A stretch of DNA of 64,000 nt from Deltaproteobacteria bacterium (GTDB taxonomy: Bacteria; JAGRBM01; JAHCIT01): NCBI GenBank assembly GCA_026129095.1, contig JAHCIT010000004.1, positions 248,001 to 312,000 on the forward strand, written 5' to 3'. Positions 8,672 through 18,696 of the stretch are shown in pieces. The notes below the pieces were generated by a model that did no database searches, had not been told where the DNA came from, and was given only the letters and a program-made list of their open reading frames with translations. How positions within the stretch are numbered: the stretch's first letter is position 1; each line of letters opens with the position of its first letter. The position numbers were made by a program, and so were the translations under genes.

Positions 8672-10768
8672 TTGAGCCACATCAGCCAGATCGTCCGGAC
8701 CGTCTGTCCCTATTGCGGCGTCGGCTGCGGGATGGGACTCCGCGTGGAAGGCTCACGGGTCACCGGCGTCGAGCCGCTGGCCACACACCCCGTGAGCCGC
8801 GGGGAACTGTGCACCAAGGGCTGGAGTTCCGCCTTTGGTATCGGTGCCGAAGACCGCATCACCACGCCCCTGATCAAGGAACAGGGCAGGTTTCGCCGGG
8901 CAAGCTGGGACGAGGCAGCCGGATATGTCGCCGACGCCCTGCAGGAAGCCATCCGGACAAGCGGTCCGGATTCGACTGGAGTGGTGAGCTGCGCCCGTGC
9001 CACCAACGAGGACAACTACGCCGCCCAGAAGTTCGCCCGCCTTGTTCTCGGAACGAACAACGTCGATCACTGTGCCCGCATCTGCCACAGCCCGTCGGTG
9101 GCAGGACTGAGGCAAACGCTCGGTTCCGGCGCCATGACCAACTCCATCACCGACCTTCATGAGGCTGACCTGATTGTCGTCTGGGGCAGCGACACGACCG
9201 AAAACCACAGCATCATCGGCGGGCAGATAATCCGCGCGAAACTGGCTGGAGCGAAGCTGCTCGTCGTGGATCCGCGCAGGATACGCCTGGCGCATCTGGC
9301 TGACCTGCATCTCCAACCCCGGCTTGGAACGAATATCGCTCTTGCCAACGGCCTTTTGCATGTGATCTTCCGGAACGGGTGGGAGAACCGGGATTTCATC
9401 TCCAGCCGGTGCGAGGATACAGCCGGGCTCCGGAAGAAAGTGGAAGAGTACCCCCCTGACCGCGTCGCCAGCATCACAGGCGTTCCCGAAACCGATATCG
9501 TTGAGGCCGCCCGCCTGTACAGCCAGTCAAAGGCGGCATGGCTCTGCTACGGCATGGGGATCACCCAGCACGCCACCGGCACCAGCAACGTCATCGCCCT
9601 GTCGAACCTCGTGCTGGCGACCGGCCAGATCGGACGGCCCGGGGCAGGGATCAATCCCCTCCGCGGACAGAACAACGTGCAGGGGGCCTGCGACATGGGT
9701 GCCCTGCCCAATGTGTATCCGGGCTACCAGGACGTCCTTGATCCGGCCATGCAGGCAAAGTTCGAGAAGGCATGGAATGGGCCCGTGCCAAAGACTCCGG
9801 GCATGACCTCGCTCGGCATGACTTCGGCCGCACTGTCGGGATCATTCAAGTGTCTCATCATCATGGGTGAAGATCCGGTCGTTACCGATCCCGACCAGAA
9901 TCATGTGCGGCGGGCGCTCCGGGCCCTGGACCTGCTGGTGGTGTCGGAGCTCACGCTCACCGAGACGGCCAAGGAGGCGGACGTCATCTTTCCAGCGGCG
10001 TCCTTCGCCGAAAAGGACGGAACCTTCACCAGCTGCGAACGGCGTGTCCAGCGGGTCCGGGCGGCCATTCCGCCGCCGGGCGAGGCCCGTCCCGACTGGC
10101 GGATGCTGGGTGAACTGGCGCGCCGGATGGGGAAAAGCGGACTCGACTGGGAGAGCGCCACCAATATCTTCGATGAAATGGCCGCATTGAGTCCCATCCA
10201 CTCGGGCATGAGCTTTGCGAAGGTCAGCGCGGGCGACGGCATCCAGTGGCCATGCAACGCAGAACATCCCGGCGGCATGTCCGTGCTGCACGAAAAGTCA
10301 TTTCCAGTCGGACGCGGCCGGCTGATTCCGATCTCGCATGCAGGACCTGCGGAACTGCCCGATGAGAACTATCCGTTCTGGTTCACAACGAACCGGCTCC
10401 ACTTCCACTACGGATGCGGCTCGATGACCCGCAAGTCGCCGCTGCTGGAGCGGGAAATCCCGGATGGCCTGGTGTTCATGAATCCCGCGGACGCCGGGCA
10501 GCTGGGGCTCAGGGACCGGAGTCCGGTGAGGATCGTTTCCCGGCGCGGAGCGGTCGAAACCCGCGCCATCCTGACCGACGACCTGCCGCCTGGAACCCTC
10601 ACCATGCCGTATCACTTCCGGGAAGCGCCCTCGAACCTCGTCACCAATACCGCGCAGGATCCGGTGACGAAGATGCCTGAGCTTAAGGTTTGTGCTGTTC
10701 GCGTGGAAGTCCTTCCCGCCGGTCATGTTCCCTCCAATCCCGTTGGACCGGAGACGCTCCCCCTGTGA
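8672..10768 (+). CDS. fdhF: Formate dehydrogenase alpha subunit (FdhF-type, Mo/W-bisPGD, Cys-containing)
   Basis: CPYCGVGC...C 4Fe-4S motif, NNVDHCARICHSPS (catalytic Cys-His), PLRGQNNVQGACDMG, C-terminal DPVTKMPELKVCAV. Confidence 0.92.
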   Translation: MSHISQIVRTVCPYCGVGCGMGLRVEGSRVTGVEPLATHPVSRGELCTKGWSSAFGIGAEDRITTPLIKEQGRFRRASWDEAAGYVADALQEAIRTSGPDSTGVVSCARATNEDNYAAQKFARLVLGTNNVDHCARICHSPSVAGLRQTLGSGAMTNSITDLHEADLIVVWGSDTTENHSIIGGQIIRAKLAGAKLLVVDPRRIRLAHLADLHLQPRLGTNIALANGLLHVIFRNGWENRDFISSRCEDTAGLRKKVEEYPPDRVASITGVPETDIVEAARLYSQSKAAWLCYGMGITQHATGTSNVIALSNLVLATGQIGRPGAGINPLRGQNNVQGACDMGALPNVYPGYQDVLDPAMQAKFEKAWNGPVPKTPGMTSLGMTSAALSGSFKCLIIMGEDPVVTDPDQNHVRRALRALDLLVVSELTLTETAKEADVIFPAASFAEKDGTFTSCERRVQRVRAAIPPPGEARPDWRMLGELARRMGKSGLDWESATNIFDEMAALSPIHSGMSFAKVSAGDGIQWPCNAEHPGGMSVLHEKSFPVGRGRLIPISHAGPAELPDENYPFWFTTNRLHFHYGCGSMTRKSPLLEREIPDGLVFMNPADAGQLGLRDRSPVRIVSRRGAVETRAILTDDLPPGTLTMPYHFREAPSNLVTNTAQDPVTKMPELKVCAVRVEVLPAGHVPSNPVGPETLPL

Positions 10769-11790
10769 ACGTGTTTGAACTCCCCGCGCCGGAGCTGCTG
10801 AGGGCCCACCTCGCGAGGTCGCGGCGTGTATATGAACCTCGGTCCGATTCGACCGGCACAGTTCACTGGCTGGAGGCGGGAACGGGCTTCGAGGCCCGGT
10901 TCGATCCGGCGACGCCGCTTGCCCAGTATTCTCCCAAGCAGTTTTTCTTCGCTGAACGTGAAGCCCTGCACCGTTTTGACGGGCGCGAATATACGGAAAC
11001 CCTGCCGGAGACAGGGCCGCAGGCGCTGTTCGGAGTCCGGGCCTGTGACCTCACCGCCATCGCCTATCAGGACCGGTTTTTCCGCGACGACCCGCACTAC
11101 CAGGCCCGGCGGCGGACAATGCTGCTCGTCGGGATCGACTGCCTGAAGCCCTGCGAACGGGGATTCTGCCCCACTGTCGATGCGGGACCGTTCGTGCGTG
11201 AAGAGACCGCCGATCTGGTGCTCCACCAGTCCGGGCCCTCTGGCCGGTGGCTCATCTACGTCCAGTCGGAAGCGGGACAGAATGCCCTCGAAGGGCTGAG
11301 TCTCATACCGGCGACGGGCGACCCGGTGGCGGACCGATCGGCCGCCGAGCAGCCGGTCATCGCCGCCTTTCCCGATGCGTCCCATGTCTCCCAGGGAGTC
11401 CGGCTGCTGAACGAGGGGAAGATCAGGCCGGAGACCTGGGACCAGCTGGGTATCCAGTGTTTTGCCTGCTCCGGTTGCACGTCCCTGTGCCCCACCTGCT
11501 CCTGCTTTGCGACCTACGAGCGCCCGCTACCGGACGGTGGGCAGGAAACACAGCGATGCTGGGATTCCTGTCTGTACGAAGGCTTCCAGAAGGAGGCCAG
11601 CGGGCATCACCCCCAGCCCACGGCCGGGCAACGGGTGTTCCGGTACTGGTACCACAAGTTTTCAGACGACTACCTGCCGGAGTTCGGCCGCCATGGCTGC
11701 GTCGGCTGCGGCCGATGCGAGCAGACCTGCCTCGGTGTCATCGGGGTCCATTCCATCATGAAGCGGATTGTTCAGGAGAACGCCCGATGA
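10765..11790 (+). CDS. 4Fe-4S dicluster protein, AsrA / sulfhydrogenase beta-subunit family
   Basis: FGVRACD, CFACSGCTSLCPTCSC, RCWDSC and HKF...GCVGCGRCEQTC. The GTG start overlaps the fdhF stop (GTGA). Confidence 0.85.
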   Translation: MNVFELPAPELLRAHLARSRRVYEPRSDSTGTVHWLEAGTGFEARFDPATPLAQYSPKQFFFAEREALHRFDGREYTETLPETGPQALFGVRACDLTAIAYQDRFFRDDPHYQARRRTMLLVGIDCLKPCERGFCPTVDAGPFVREETADLVLHQSGPSGRWLIYVQSEAGQNALEGLSLIPATGDPVADRSAAEQPVIAAFPDASHVSQGVRLLNEGKIRPETWDQLGIQCFACSGCTSLCPTCSCFATYERPLPDGGQETQRCWDSCLYEGFQKEASGHHPQPTAGQRVFRYWYHKFSDDYLPEFGRHGCVGCGRCEQTCLGVIGVHSIMKRIVQENAR

Positions 11791-12635
11791 AGGGGCTTAT
11801 GACTCCGGCTCCTGTCCGGATCGCGAGCGTCTATGACGACGGTGAAGATACGCGTCATTTCACGCTGGAACCGGTCCATCAGGGAGCGGCTGTAACCGCC
11901 GAGCCCGGCCAGTTTTTCATGCTGGCTGTTCCGGGTTCCGGCGAGGCACCGTTCACCTACGTCAGGCTGCCCGATACGCATGGCAGATTCGACATGGTGG
12001 TCCGGCGGACGGGGAAGCTGACCCATGCCCTCTTCGACCGGAAGCAGGGGGATATCCTCGGCTACCGCGGCCCGTTCGGGCACGGATGGCCCCTCAACGA
12101 ACTCCAGGGGCGGCGGGTGATGGTGATTTCCGGCGGATGCGGGCTTGCACCGCTGGCCGCCGTGATCGACTGGCTGATCGAGGGCCGGACCACAACGGCA
12201 CTCATATACGGTGCAAGAAACCCTGCCGCGCAGGTACTGGCGAGGGAGCGGGCGCTCTGGGCGCCGAAGCTCCCCATCCTTGAGACATTTGACCAGACCG
12301 CACCGGGCGTGCAGCGGACCGGAACCCCGCTGACCGCCCTCGGAGCGGCAACGGAACGGCTGGGCGGCGCGCCGGAAATTGTCCTGACCTGCGGCCCGGA
12401 AGCGATGATGGAAGCAGTGGCCCGCCATTTCGTCGATTCCGGACTTCCGGCTGACCGTATCTGGCTTTCAATGGAAAGGCGGATGCATTGTGGAGTGGGG
12501 CTCTGCGGACACTGCTACATTGCGCATACCTACGCCTGCCGTCAGGGGCCTACCTACCGGTGGGATGAGATCTCCACCCTCCGGCAACGGGCGCCTTCAT
12601 GGCCCGGCCACGTGCGAGAAGTGAGGCACTGCTAG
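11787..12635 (+). CDS. FAD/NAD(P)-binding 2Fe-2S oxidoreductase, AsrB / sulfhydrogenase gamma-subunit family
   Basis: PGQFFML, RGPFGHGW, GGCGLAP, CGPEAMM, SMERRMHCGVGLCGHC...C..GP. The ATG overlaps the upstream stop. Confidence 0.87.
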   Translation: MKGLMTPAPVRIASVYDDGEDTRHFTLEPVHQGAAVTAEPGQFFMLAVPGSGEAPFTYVRLPDTHGRFDMVVRRTGKLTHALFDRKQGDILGYRGPFGHGWPLNELQGRRVMVISGGCGLAPLAAVIDWLIEGRTTTALIYGARNPAAQVLARERALWAPKLPILETFDQTAPGVQRTGTPLTALGAATERLGGAPEIVLTCGPEAMMEAVARHFVDSGLPADRIWLSMERRMHCGVGLCGHCYIAHTYACRQGPTYRWDEISTLRQRAPSWPGHVREVRHC

Positions 12636-13472
12636 ATGGACGGACCCAGCCTCGACGCATACACACCCGCCCAGATGGCTGCCCGGGTCGAGCAGGCGGG
12701 CGTCGGGAAGGCGAACCTCGACGCGGCCAGCCTGTTCGCGCTCGCCGTGCTCGCCGGCGCATTCATCAGCCTGGGAGCTGCCTTTTCCACCGTCACGATC
12801 GCCGGAATCGACGCGGGATTCGGCATTACCCGGCTGCTCGGCGGCCTCACCTTCTGCCTGGGACTTATCCTCGTGGTTGTCGCGGGCGCGGAGCTGTTTA
12901 CCGGAAACAACCTGATCGTCATGGCATGGGTGAGCGGAAAGGTCTCCACCGGCAAGCTGCTCCGGAACTGGGGGATCGTCTATGCCGGCAACCTCGCCGG
13001 AGCCCTGGCGACGGCCCTGGCGATGACCTGGGCCCGGTCATGGCTGCCTCCCGCCGATCCGGTGGGGCTTGCCGCGCTGAAGATCGCCCAGACGAAAGCC
13101 TCCCTTCCATTCATGCAGGCCTTTGTGGCCGGTGTGTTCTGCAACGCGCTGGTGTGTCTCGCCGTCTGGTTATGCTTCAGTGCGCGGACCACGACGGACA
13201 AGATCCTTTCCATCCTGTTTCCGATCACCGCCTTCGTCGCGCTCGGCTTTGAGCACAGCATCGCCAACATGTACTTCATTCCGCTCGGGATATTCCTCGC
13301 ATCCAGACCGGCCCTCGCCGCCGCATCGGCCCAGGCCGGGATACAACTGGAAGCCGTCAACTGGTCCGGATTCCTGAGCAATCTGGTCCCCGTCACCGCG
13401 GGGAATATCCTGGGCGGCGCGCTCCTGGTCGGCGGGGTGTACTGGTTCATATATCTGCGAAAACCCGCCTGA
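12636..13472 (+). CDS. Formate/nitrite transporter (FNT, FocA/FdhC-like)
   Basis: LAGAFIS, GAELFTGN, CNALVCLAVW, GFEHSIANM, GNILGG. Starts immediately after the upstream stop. Confidence 0.93.
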   Translation: MDGPSLDAYTPAQMAARVEQAGVGKANLDAASLFALAVLAGAFISLGAAFSTVTIAGIDAGFGITRLLGGLTFCLGLILVVVAGAELFTGNNLIVMAWVSGKVSTGKLLRNWGIVYAGNLAGALATALAMTWARSWLPPADPVGLAALKIAQTKASLPFMQAFVAGVFCNALVCLAVWLCFSARTTTDKILSILFPITAFVALGFEHSIANMYFIPLGIFLASRPALAAASAQAGIQLEAVNWSGFLSNLVPVTAGNILGGALLVGGVYWFIYLRKPA

Positions 13473-13582
13473 CGGCTGGTTTCCCCCGCAGCTACAGGGC
13501 TGCTCAGGGCATCCCCCAACGACATTGCCGGTTCAGAAATCACATTCCGGTTCCCGTAATTTCCATATCTTGCAGATATCCG

Positions 13583-15721
13583 GTGAGAGCTCCCCGGGTT
13601 TTTGGTAAAATAGGTGCGATGTTCGGAGGGGCAATCAAGGGGACCGCCGTGGCGGCCATTATCCTGCTGTCGCTGATGGTGGCAGGGGGATCGGCATGGT
13701 CGGCCTATTCCTTTCTGGAGCAGGAAACCACACGGCAGCTCCGCCAGCGGGCGATTACCGTCGGCCGGATGCTTGCATTCAACGTGCGCGCAGGAATCGA
13801 GTTCGAAGACATCGAGACAGTACAGGCGGTGCTGGATGCGATCAGGGACAACCCTGAAATCGCCCTGGTGCAGATACTGGACACCAGGGGGAACCCTGTT
13901 GCTACCTACCCTCCCCTTCCCGCCGACAGCGTTCCGGTGAGGACCGGCAGGGCATCCGGGTCCAACCTGATCGTTGAGGAGATCCCGATAGAAGGGGTCG
14001 TGTCAGCCGGCCGGATCGGGACCGTTCTCATTGGCGCCAGTGCCATGGAACTGAAGCAGTTCCGGCAGCGAAGCGTGTTCGTTCTTGGTGTTGCGACCCT
14101 GATCATGACACTGCTGTCGGCCTCATTTGCACTGTTCTTCGCCGGGCAGTTTTTCAAGCGAAAGCGGGCCGAACTGACACTGGGTGGACTCGCTAACGCC
14201 CTGCCGGGACAGGCCTTCGTGATCTCCAGGGATGGCCACTTCCTCAACACGTTCGGTTCCGGCGAAACCTCCATGCTCCAGGCGGCTGGCTTCAAGGGTG
14301 ATCCGACCGGCCGCAACCTGACCGGACTGCTGGGCCCAGCGCAGGCCGGACCGCTGCTCGAAGCCATCGCCCGTTCAGTCGATCACCGGGAACCCAGCCG
14401 CCTGGAGTTCCGGATCGGGACGAACCACCAGGCCAAGTGGTTTGAAGGACGTCTTTCACCACTGGAATCGGACGGCGTATCGCCGGGCCGGGTCATTCTC
14501 CTCACTCATGATATTACCGGCCAGCGCAAGCTGGCCGACCAGATCGCCCAGGTGCAGAGACTGGACGCGATGGGACAACTGGTGGGTGGAATCGCCCACG
14601 ATTTCAACAACATCCTGAATGTGATCGTCAGCCACGCCGAACTGCTCCGGATCGAGACCGGGGCCTCCGACAGCCGGATATCCGACGTGAACGGAATCCT
14701 GGCAGCCGCCCACCGGGGCGCCCAGGTTACTCACCGGTTGCTCGCTTTTGCGCGGAAGGAGGTCGTTCAGGTCCAGAATATAGACCTGGGCGAGATCGTC
14801 CGCAGGATGCAGCCGCTTCTGGAACGTGCGGTCAGTGAACGGATCACCCTGCGGATCTCCATTGGCGTGGGACTGGCTCCGGTAACGGCCGCCGTCAGTC
14901 AGATCGAGCAGGCCCTTCTGAACCTGGTCATGAATGCCAGGGACGCCATACCGGATTCCGGCGTTATCGTCGTCGAGGTTGCCAATGCCATCCGCCATAT
15001 CCCCGACGCCAGCGCGACTGGAGAGCGGAAAACCGGTGGACGATCAAAGCCGAGCGTCATGCTGGCGGTGAGCGATACCGGCGCCGGTATTCCCCCCGAA
15101 ATCCGGGACCGGATCTTCGAGCCGTTTTTCACCACGAAGGGGATCGGACAGGGCACGGGGCTCGGACTCTCCAGCGTTCACGGTATCGTCAAGCAGAACG
15201 GCGGGCACATCGAGGTCTATTCGGAGGCCGGATCAGGCACAACATTCAAGCTCTATTTCCCCGCCGCCCAGGGAATCATCGCCGAACCGCTGGGACCGGT
15301 GAACGACCAGTCCGCCCGGCTTCCCCGCGGACGGGAAACAGTCCTGCTGGTGGAAGACGACGCGCAGCTCCGGACCGCCAACACCCGCCTGCTGAAGAGC
15401 CTGGGATATACGGTGCTGGAGGCCGACGATGGAGAGGACGCGCTCTATCTGGCAAAACGGTTCAGCGGGCCGATTGATATCGTTATCACGGACGTGGTGA
15501 TGCCCAAGGTCACAGGGCCGGAACTGGTCATCAAGCTGAAGGCCATGCGCCCCCAGACCCATGTGCTCTATATTTCCGGCTATACGGACAACGTGGTCCT
15601 TTACCACGGCGTCCAGCACGAGGGGGTCCACTTCCTGCACAAGCCATTTGCCGCCGAGGCGCTGGCCTCGAAAATACGGGTCATCCTCGACGAGCCGAAA
15701 CTGGTTCTGGTAAAAAGCTGA
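13583..15721 (+). CDS. Membrane-bound hybrid sensor histidine kinase/response regulator (periplasmic sensor, PAS-like, HisKA, HATPase, REC)
   Basis: Two TM segments, [39 protein letters not shown], and receiver LLVEDD...TDVVMP...KPF. The start may be the ATG at 13619. Confidence 0.92.
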   Translation: MRAPRVFGKIGAMFGGAIKGTAVAAIILLSLMVAGGSAWSAYSFLEQETTRQLRQRAITVGRMLAFNVRAGIEFEDIETVQAVLDAIRDNPEIALVQILDTRGNPVATYPPLPADSVPVRTGRASGSNLIVEEIPIEGVVSAGRIGTVLIGASAMELKQFRQRSVFVLGVATLIMTLLSASFALFFAGQFFKRKRAELTLGGLANALPGQAFVISRDGHFLNTFGSGETSMLQAAGFKGDPTGRNLTGLLGPAQAGPLLEAIARSVDHREPSRLEFRIGTNHQAKWFEGRLSPLESDGVSPGRVILLTHDITGQRKLADQIAQVQRLDAMGQLVGGIAHDFNNILNVIVSHAELLRIETGASDSRISDVNGILAAAHRGAQVTHRLLAFARKEVVQVQNIDLGEIVRRMQPLLERAVSERITLRISIGVGLAPVTAAVSQIEQALLNLVMNARDAIPDSGVIVVEVANAIRHIPDASATGERKTGGRSKPSVMLAVSDTGAGIPPEIRDRIFEPFFTTKGIGQGTGLGLSSVHGIVKQNGGHIEVYSEAGSGTTFKLYFPAAQGIIAEPLGPVNDQSARLPRGRETVLLVEDDAQLRTANTRLLKSLGYTVLEADDGEDALYLAKRFSGPIDIVITDVVMPKVTGPELVIKLKAMRPQTHVLYISGYTDNVVLYHGVQHEGVHFLHKPFAAEALASKIRVILDEPKLVLVKS

Positions 15722-15872
15722 AAAACACGGTCAATGCCCATTCAACTGGTTTTCTGGCCATAAATGAATTGCATTTTTCCGCCCCGATCAGGCAAGTATG
15801 GAGCGGGGCTGGATTGCCCGTGACAGAGATCACACGGCGTGATCTCGGGTCTTTCAGGAGGAACGATTCCAG

Positions 15873-17378
15873 ATGAAGGTTCTTTGTTGCCATCCGAGCG
15901 GCCTGATGTACACCGAGATCTATCTGCGGCTCGAACCGCTCGGCGTCGAACTGGCGGCGGCCGCTGCCCGGCAGGCCGGTCACGACGTCCGGCTCATGGA
16001 CCTGCAGGCCGAAACCCACAAGGACTATTTCAAGACGCTGGATGACTTCCGCCCCGATGCCGTCTGTTTCGGCGTCAACTACCTGGCGAACATTCCGGAA
16101 ATCATCGATCTGGCCAAGGCCACACGGGAAAAGTTTCCGGAGATCTTCTTCTTCATTGGCGGGCATTCGGCGTCGTTCACCGCCGAGGAGATCCTTGAAC
16201 ATGCCGCCGGGGCAATCGACTGCGTGGTGAAGGGCGAAGGCGAGGAGATCATCCCCCTTCTGCTGCTCGCTGCCGCGAATGACCGGAAGAAGCTTCACAC
16301 CCTGCCCGGCGTCGTGACCAGCGAAGGCGAGGGACCACCCCCGAGAATCATCGAGGATCTGGACAAGGTCGTCCCGGCGCACGACCTTCTTCAAAAGCGG
16401 CGCAAGTATTTCATCGGAGTGCTCGACCCGGCCGCTTCCATCGAGTTCACCCGTGGCTGCCCGTGGGACTGCTCGTTCTGCAGCGCCTGGACATTCTATG
16501 GCCGGACCTACCGCCGCCGGACCCCGGAGAGCATCGCCGACGAGCTGCAGCGCCTGAAGGAACCTGGCATCTTCATCGTGGACGATGTCGCTTTTATCCA
16601 GCCCGAACACGGCTATGCCATCGGCAAGGAAATCGAAAAGCGCGGTATCAAGAAGCAGTTCTATCTGGAAACCCGGGGCGACGTGCTGCTCCGCAACAAG
16701 GACGTGTTCCATTACTGGAAGACCCTGGGCCTCCAGTACATGTTCCTGGGGCTCGAGGCGATCGACGCCGACGGGCTCAAGCAGTTCCGGAAGCGGATCA
16801 ACATCACGCGAAACTTCGAGGCGCTCGAATTCGCCCGCTCGCTCGGCATCATGGTCGCCGTGAACATCATCGCCGACCCGGACTGGGACGAAAAACGGTT
16901 CGAGGTCATCCGCGAGTGGGCCTTGTCGATCCCCGAAATCGTCAATGTCAGCGTCAATACGCCCTATCCCGGAACCGAGACATTCGTGACCGACTCCCGC
17001 CAGTTCGCCAGCCGCGACTACCGGCTGTTCGATATCCAGCACGCGGTGCTCCCGACCAAGATGCCGCTGGAGAAGTTCTATGGGGAACTGGTGAAAACCC
17101 AGCAGATACTGAACATGAAGCATCTGGGCTGGCGGGCCCTCAAGGATACGGCCATCATTGCCGCCAAGCACCTCGCAAGCGGGCAGACGAATTTCGTCAA
17201 GATGCTGTGGAAGTTTAACAGTGTCTACAATCCCGAGCGGCAGCTCTCCGACCACCGCAGGCCCGTCAAGTATGAAATGCGGCTGCCCAAGGTGCTGCCG
17301 GAAGGCCAGCGGCCGAGCCGGGACCAGCTCTACATCCTTCAGCCGGATGCCGCCAAGCAGATCGAAGTGCCGGCCTGA
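15873..17378 (+). CDS. hpnR: Hopanoid C-3 methylase (cobalamin-dependent radical SAM)
   Basis: N-terminus HPSGLMYTEIYLRLEPLG, GVNYLANIPE, RGCPWDCSFC (CxxxCxxC), YLETRGDVLLRN, LFDIQHAVLPT, GQTNFVKMLWKF, all recognised as HpnR-like; AGGAGG RBS. Confidence 0.85.
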   Translation: MKVLCCHPSGLMYTEIYLRLEPLGVELAAAAARQAGHDVRLMDLQAETHKDYFKTLDDFRPDAVCFGVNYLANIPEIIDLAKATREKFPEIFFFIGGHSASFTAEEILEHAAGAIDCVVKGEGEEIIPLLLLAAANDRKKLHTLPGVVTSEGEGPPPRIIEDLDKVVPAHDLLQKRRKYFIGVLDPAASIEFTRGCPWDCSFCSAWTFYGRTYRRRTPESIADELQRLKEPGIFIVDDVAFIQPEHGYAIGKEIEKRGIKKQFYLETRGDVLLRNKDVFHYWKTLGLQYMFLGLEAIDADGLKQFRKRINITRNFEALEFARSLGIMVAVNIIADPDWDEKRFEVIREWALSIPEIVNVSVNTPYPGTETFVTDSRQFASRDYRLFDIQHAVLPTKMPLEKFYGELVKTQQILNMKHLGWRALKDTAIIAAKHLASGQTNFVKMLWKFNSVYNPERQLSDHRRPVKYEMRLPKVLPEGQRPSRDQLYILQPDAAKQIEVPA

Positions 17379-17453
17379 AGTTCAGGCAGTGCATGTGCAC
17401 AGGGCCAGCCCTTGCGGCTGGCCCCTGCTTTTCATGCCACAACCGGGGTTTGG

Positions 17454-18665
17454 CTACCGGGAAGCCAGAATCGCGTCGATTTCCGCCTTGAAGGCGGAGA
17501 AAGGCTGCGCCCCGGACAGCTTCTTGCCATTCACGAGGAACCCCGGAGTGCCAGTGATGCCGAGGGCGCTTGCCTCCGCCATGTCCTGATCGAGCTGCTT
17601 CTGAGTCTCCCGGTTCTCAAAGCACTTCTTGAACTTCTGCTCGTTGATGCCGAGAGTCTTCACGAAATTGTAGGTCTTGTCCTTGAGATTTCCCTCACTG
17701 AGCGACTTCTGGTTGTCGAAGTAATAGTTGTACAGCTTCCAGAACTTTTCGTCGCCGGCGTCACGCTGCACGCACAGCGATGCAATCGAGGCTTCATCGG
17801 CCCACTTGTGAAACGGCAGGGGCAGGTGCTTGAAGTAGAATGTCACCTTGTCCTTGTAGGCAGGATAAACCTCCTGCCGCATGGTCTTGGCGGCACGGTC
17901 GCAGAACGGACACTGGAAGTCCGAGAACTCGACGATCACCACCTTCCCGTTTTTCGCGCCCTGCTTCGATGCACCCTCCAGAGTGACCATCTTCATCCGC
18001 TCGGCCCTGGGATCGGACTGTGTGTCGGTCCAGACTCCGAAGGTGGCGAACTGTCCGTCATCGGTCACCATCAGCTCGCGGCCGCCTTCTTCCTCGTCTT
18101 CATCCGGGGTCAGCGCCCGGAACGACAGGATCTTGAACCCCGGCATCTCCGACTTGCTCACCTGGTCCAGCTTGTACATTCCTCCGATGGTCACCCAGCG
18201 TCCGTCTTCCGAGGCGTAAACCGGCTTGGTGATCGTCTGCCCACGGGCGCCGAGCACCGCCTCGCCCACAAGAACACCTTTTGCCGACGACCTGCGGAAA
18301 TTCTGGATCTGGATGGTGATTCCGGGCCGGGAGATCCGGTCCTCCAGGGCGGTTACCATCTTGCCGATCACTTCGGCCGGAACATTTACCGGCGCATTCT
18401 CTGTCCATGAAGAATCCTTGCCCGGCTCCTGGGCGTTGGCTGCTGCGGGACGAAGCACGCTGAATACGCCGCCTTCTCCCGGAGCCACCGCCTCCCGGGC
18501 CACCGGTTTCGCGGCCGCTGCAGACGGACGGGCCCGGCTGGCGGTATCTTCCTTCTTTTCGCTGGCAGACTGCGTACATCCGGCGGACGACAGGACGGCC
18601 GCAGATGCGAGACAACCGAGGACCCCTCGTAACTTCAACATGGTCGAAACATACCTCTCTGGCAC
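17454..18665 (-). CDS. DsbA/DsbC-like thioredoxin-fold lipoprotein
   Basis: EFSDFQCPFC, FKHLPL, GITGTPGF; lipobox-like LSSAGC. The start may be the ATG at 18641. Confidence 0.85.
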   Translation of the reverse strand: MPERYVSTMLKLRGVLGCLASAAVLSSAGCTQSASEKKEDTASRARPSAAAAKPVAREAVAPGEGGVFSVLRPAAANAQEPGKDSSWTENAPVNVPAEVIGKMVTALEDRISRPGITIQIQNFRRSSAKGVLVGEAVLGARGQTITKPVYASEDGRWVTIGGMYKLDQVSKSEMPGFKILSFRALTPDEDEEEGGRELMVTDDGQFATFGVWTDTQSDPRAERMKMVTLEGASKQGAKNGKVVIVEFSDFQCPFCDRAAKTMRQEVYPAYKDKVTFYFKHLPLPFHKWADEASIASLCVQRDAGDEKFWKLYNYYFDNQKSLSEGNLKDKTYNFVKTLGINEQKFKKCFENRETQKQLDQDMAEASALGITGTPGFLVNGKKLSGAQPFSAFKAEIDAILASR

Positions 18666-18696
18666 CCACCGGTCCCCGGCAGGCGCATTTACAAGC

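Noticed and set aside
9060-9100. Possible selenocysteine in FdhF
   Set aside because: The catalytic position is a TGC Cys codon (ARICHS) and there is no in-frame TGA.
10765-12635. Calling these genes an anaerobic sulfite reductase or a NiFe hydrogenase
   Set aside because: No siroheme AsrC and no hydrogenase large or small subunit is present in the operon or the window.
15722-15872. Cobalamin riboswitch or sigma54 promoter before hpnR
   Set aside because: No B12-box core is recognisable, and TGGC...TTGC is spaced GG-N13-GC rather than the required GG-N10-GC.
15681-17255. 524-aa antisense ORF over hpnR, and similar long antisense or alternate-frame ORFs (34088..35704, 38543..39607, 55964..56998, 25648..26943)
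   Set aside because: Shadow ORFs expected from GC-rich codon bias opposite well-supported genes; no recognisable motifs.
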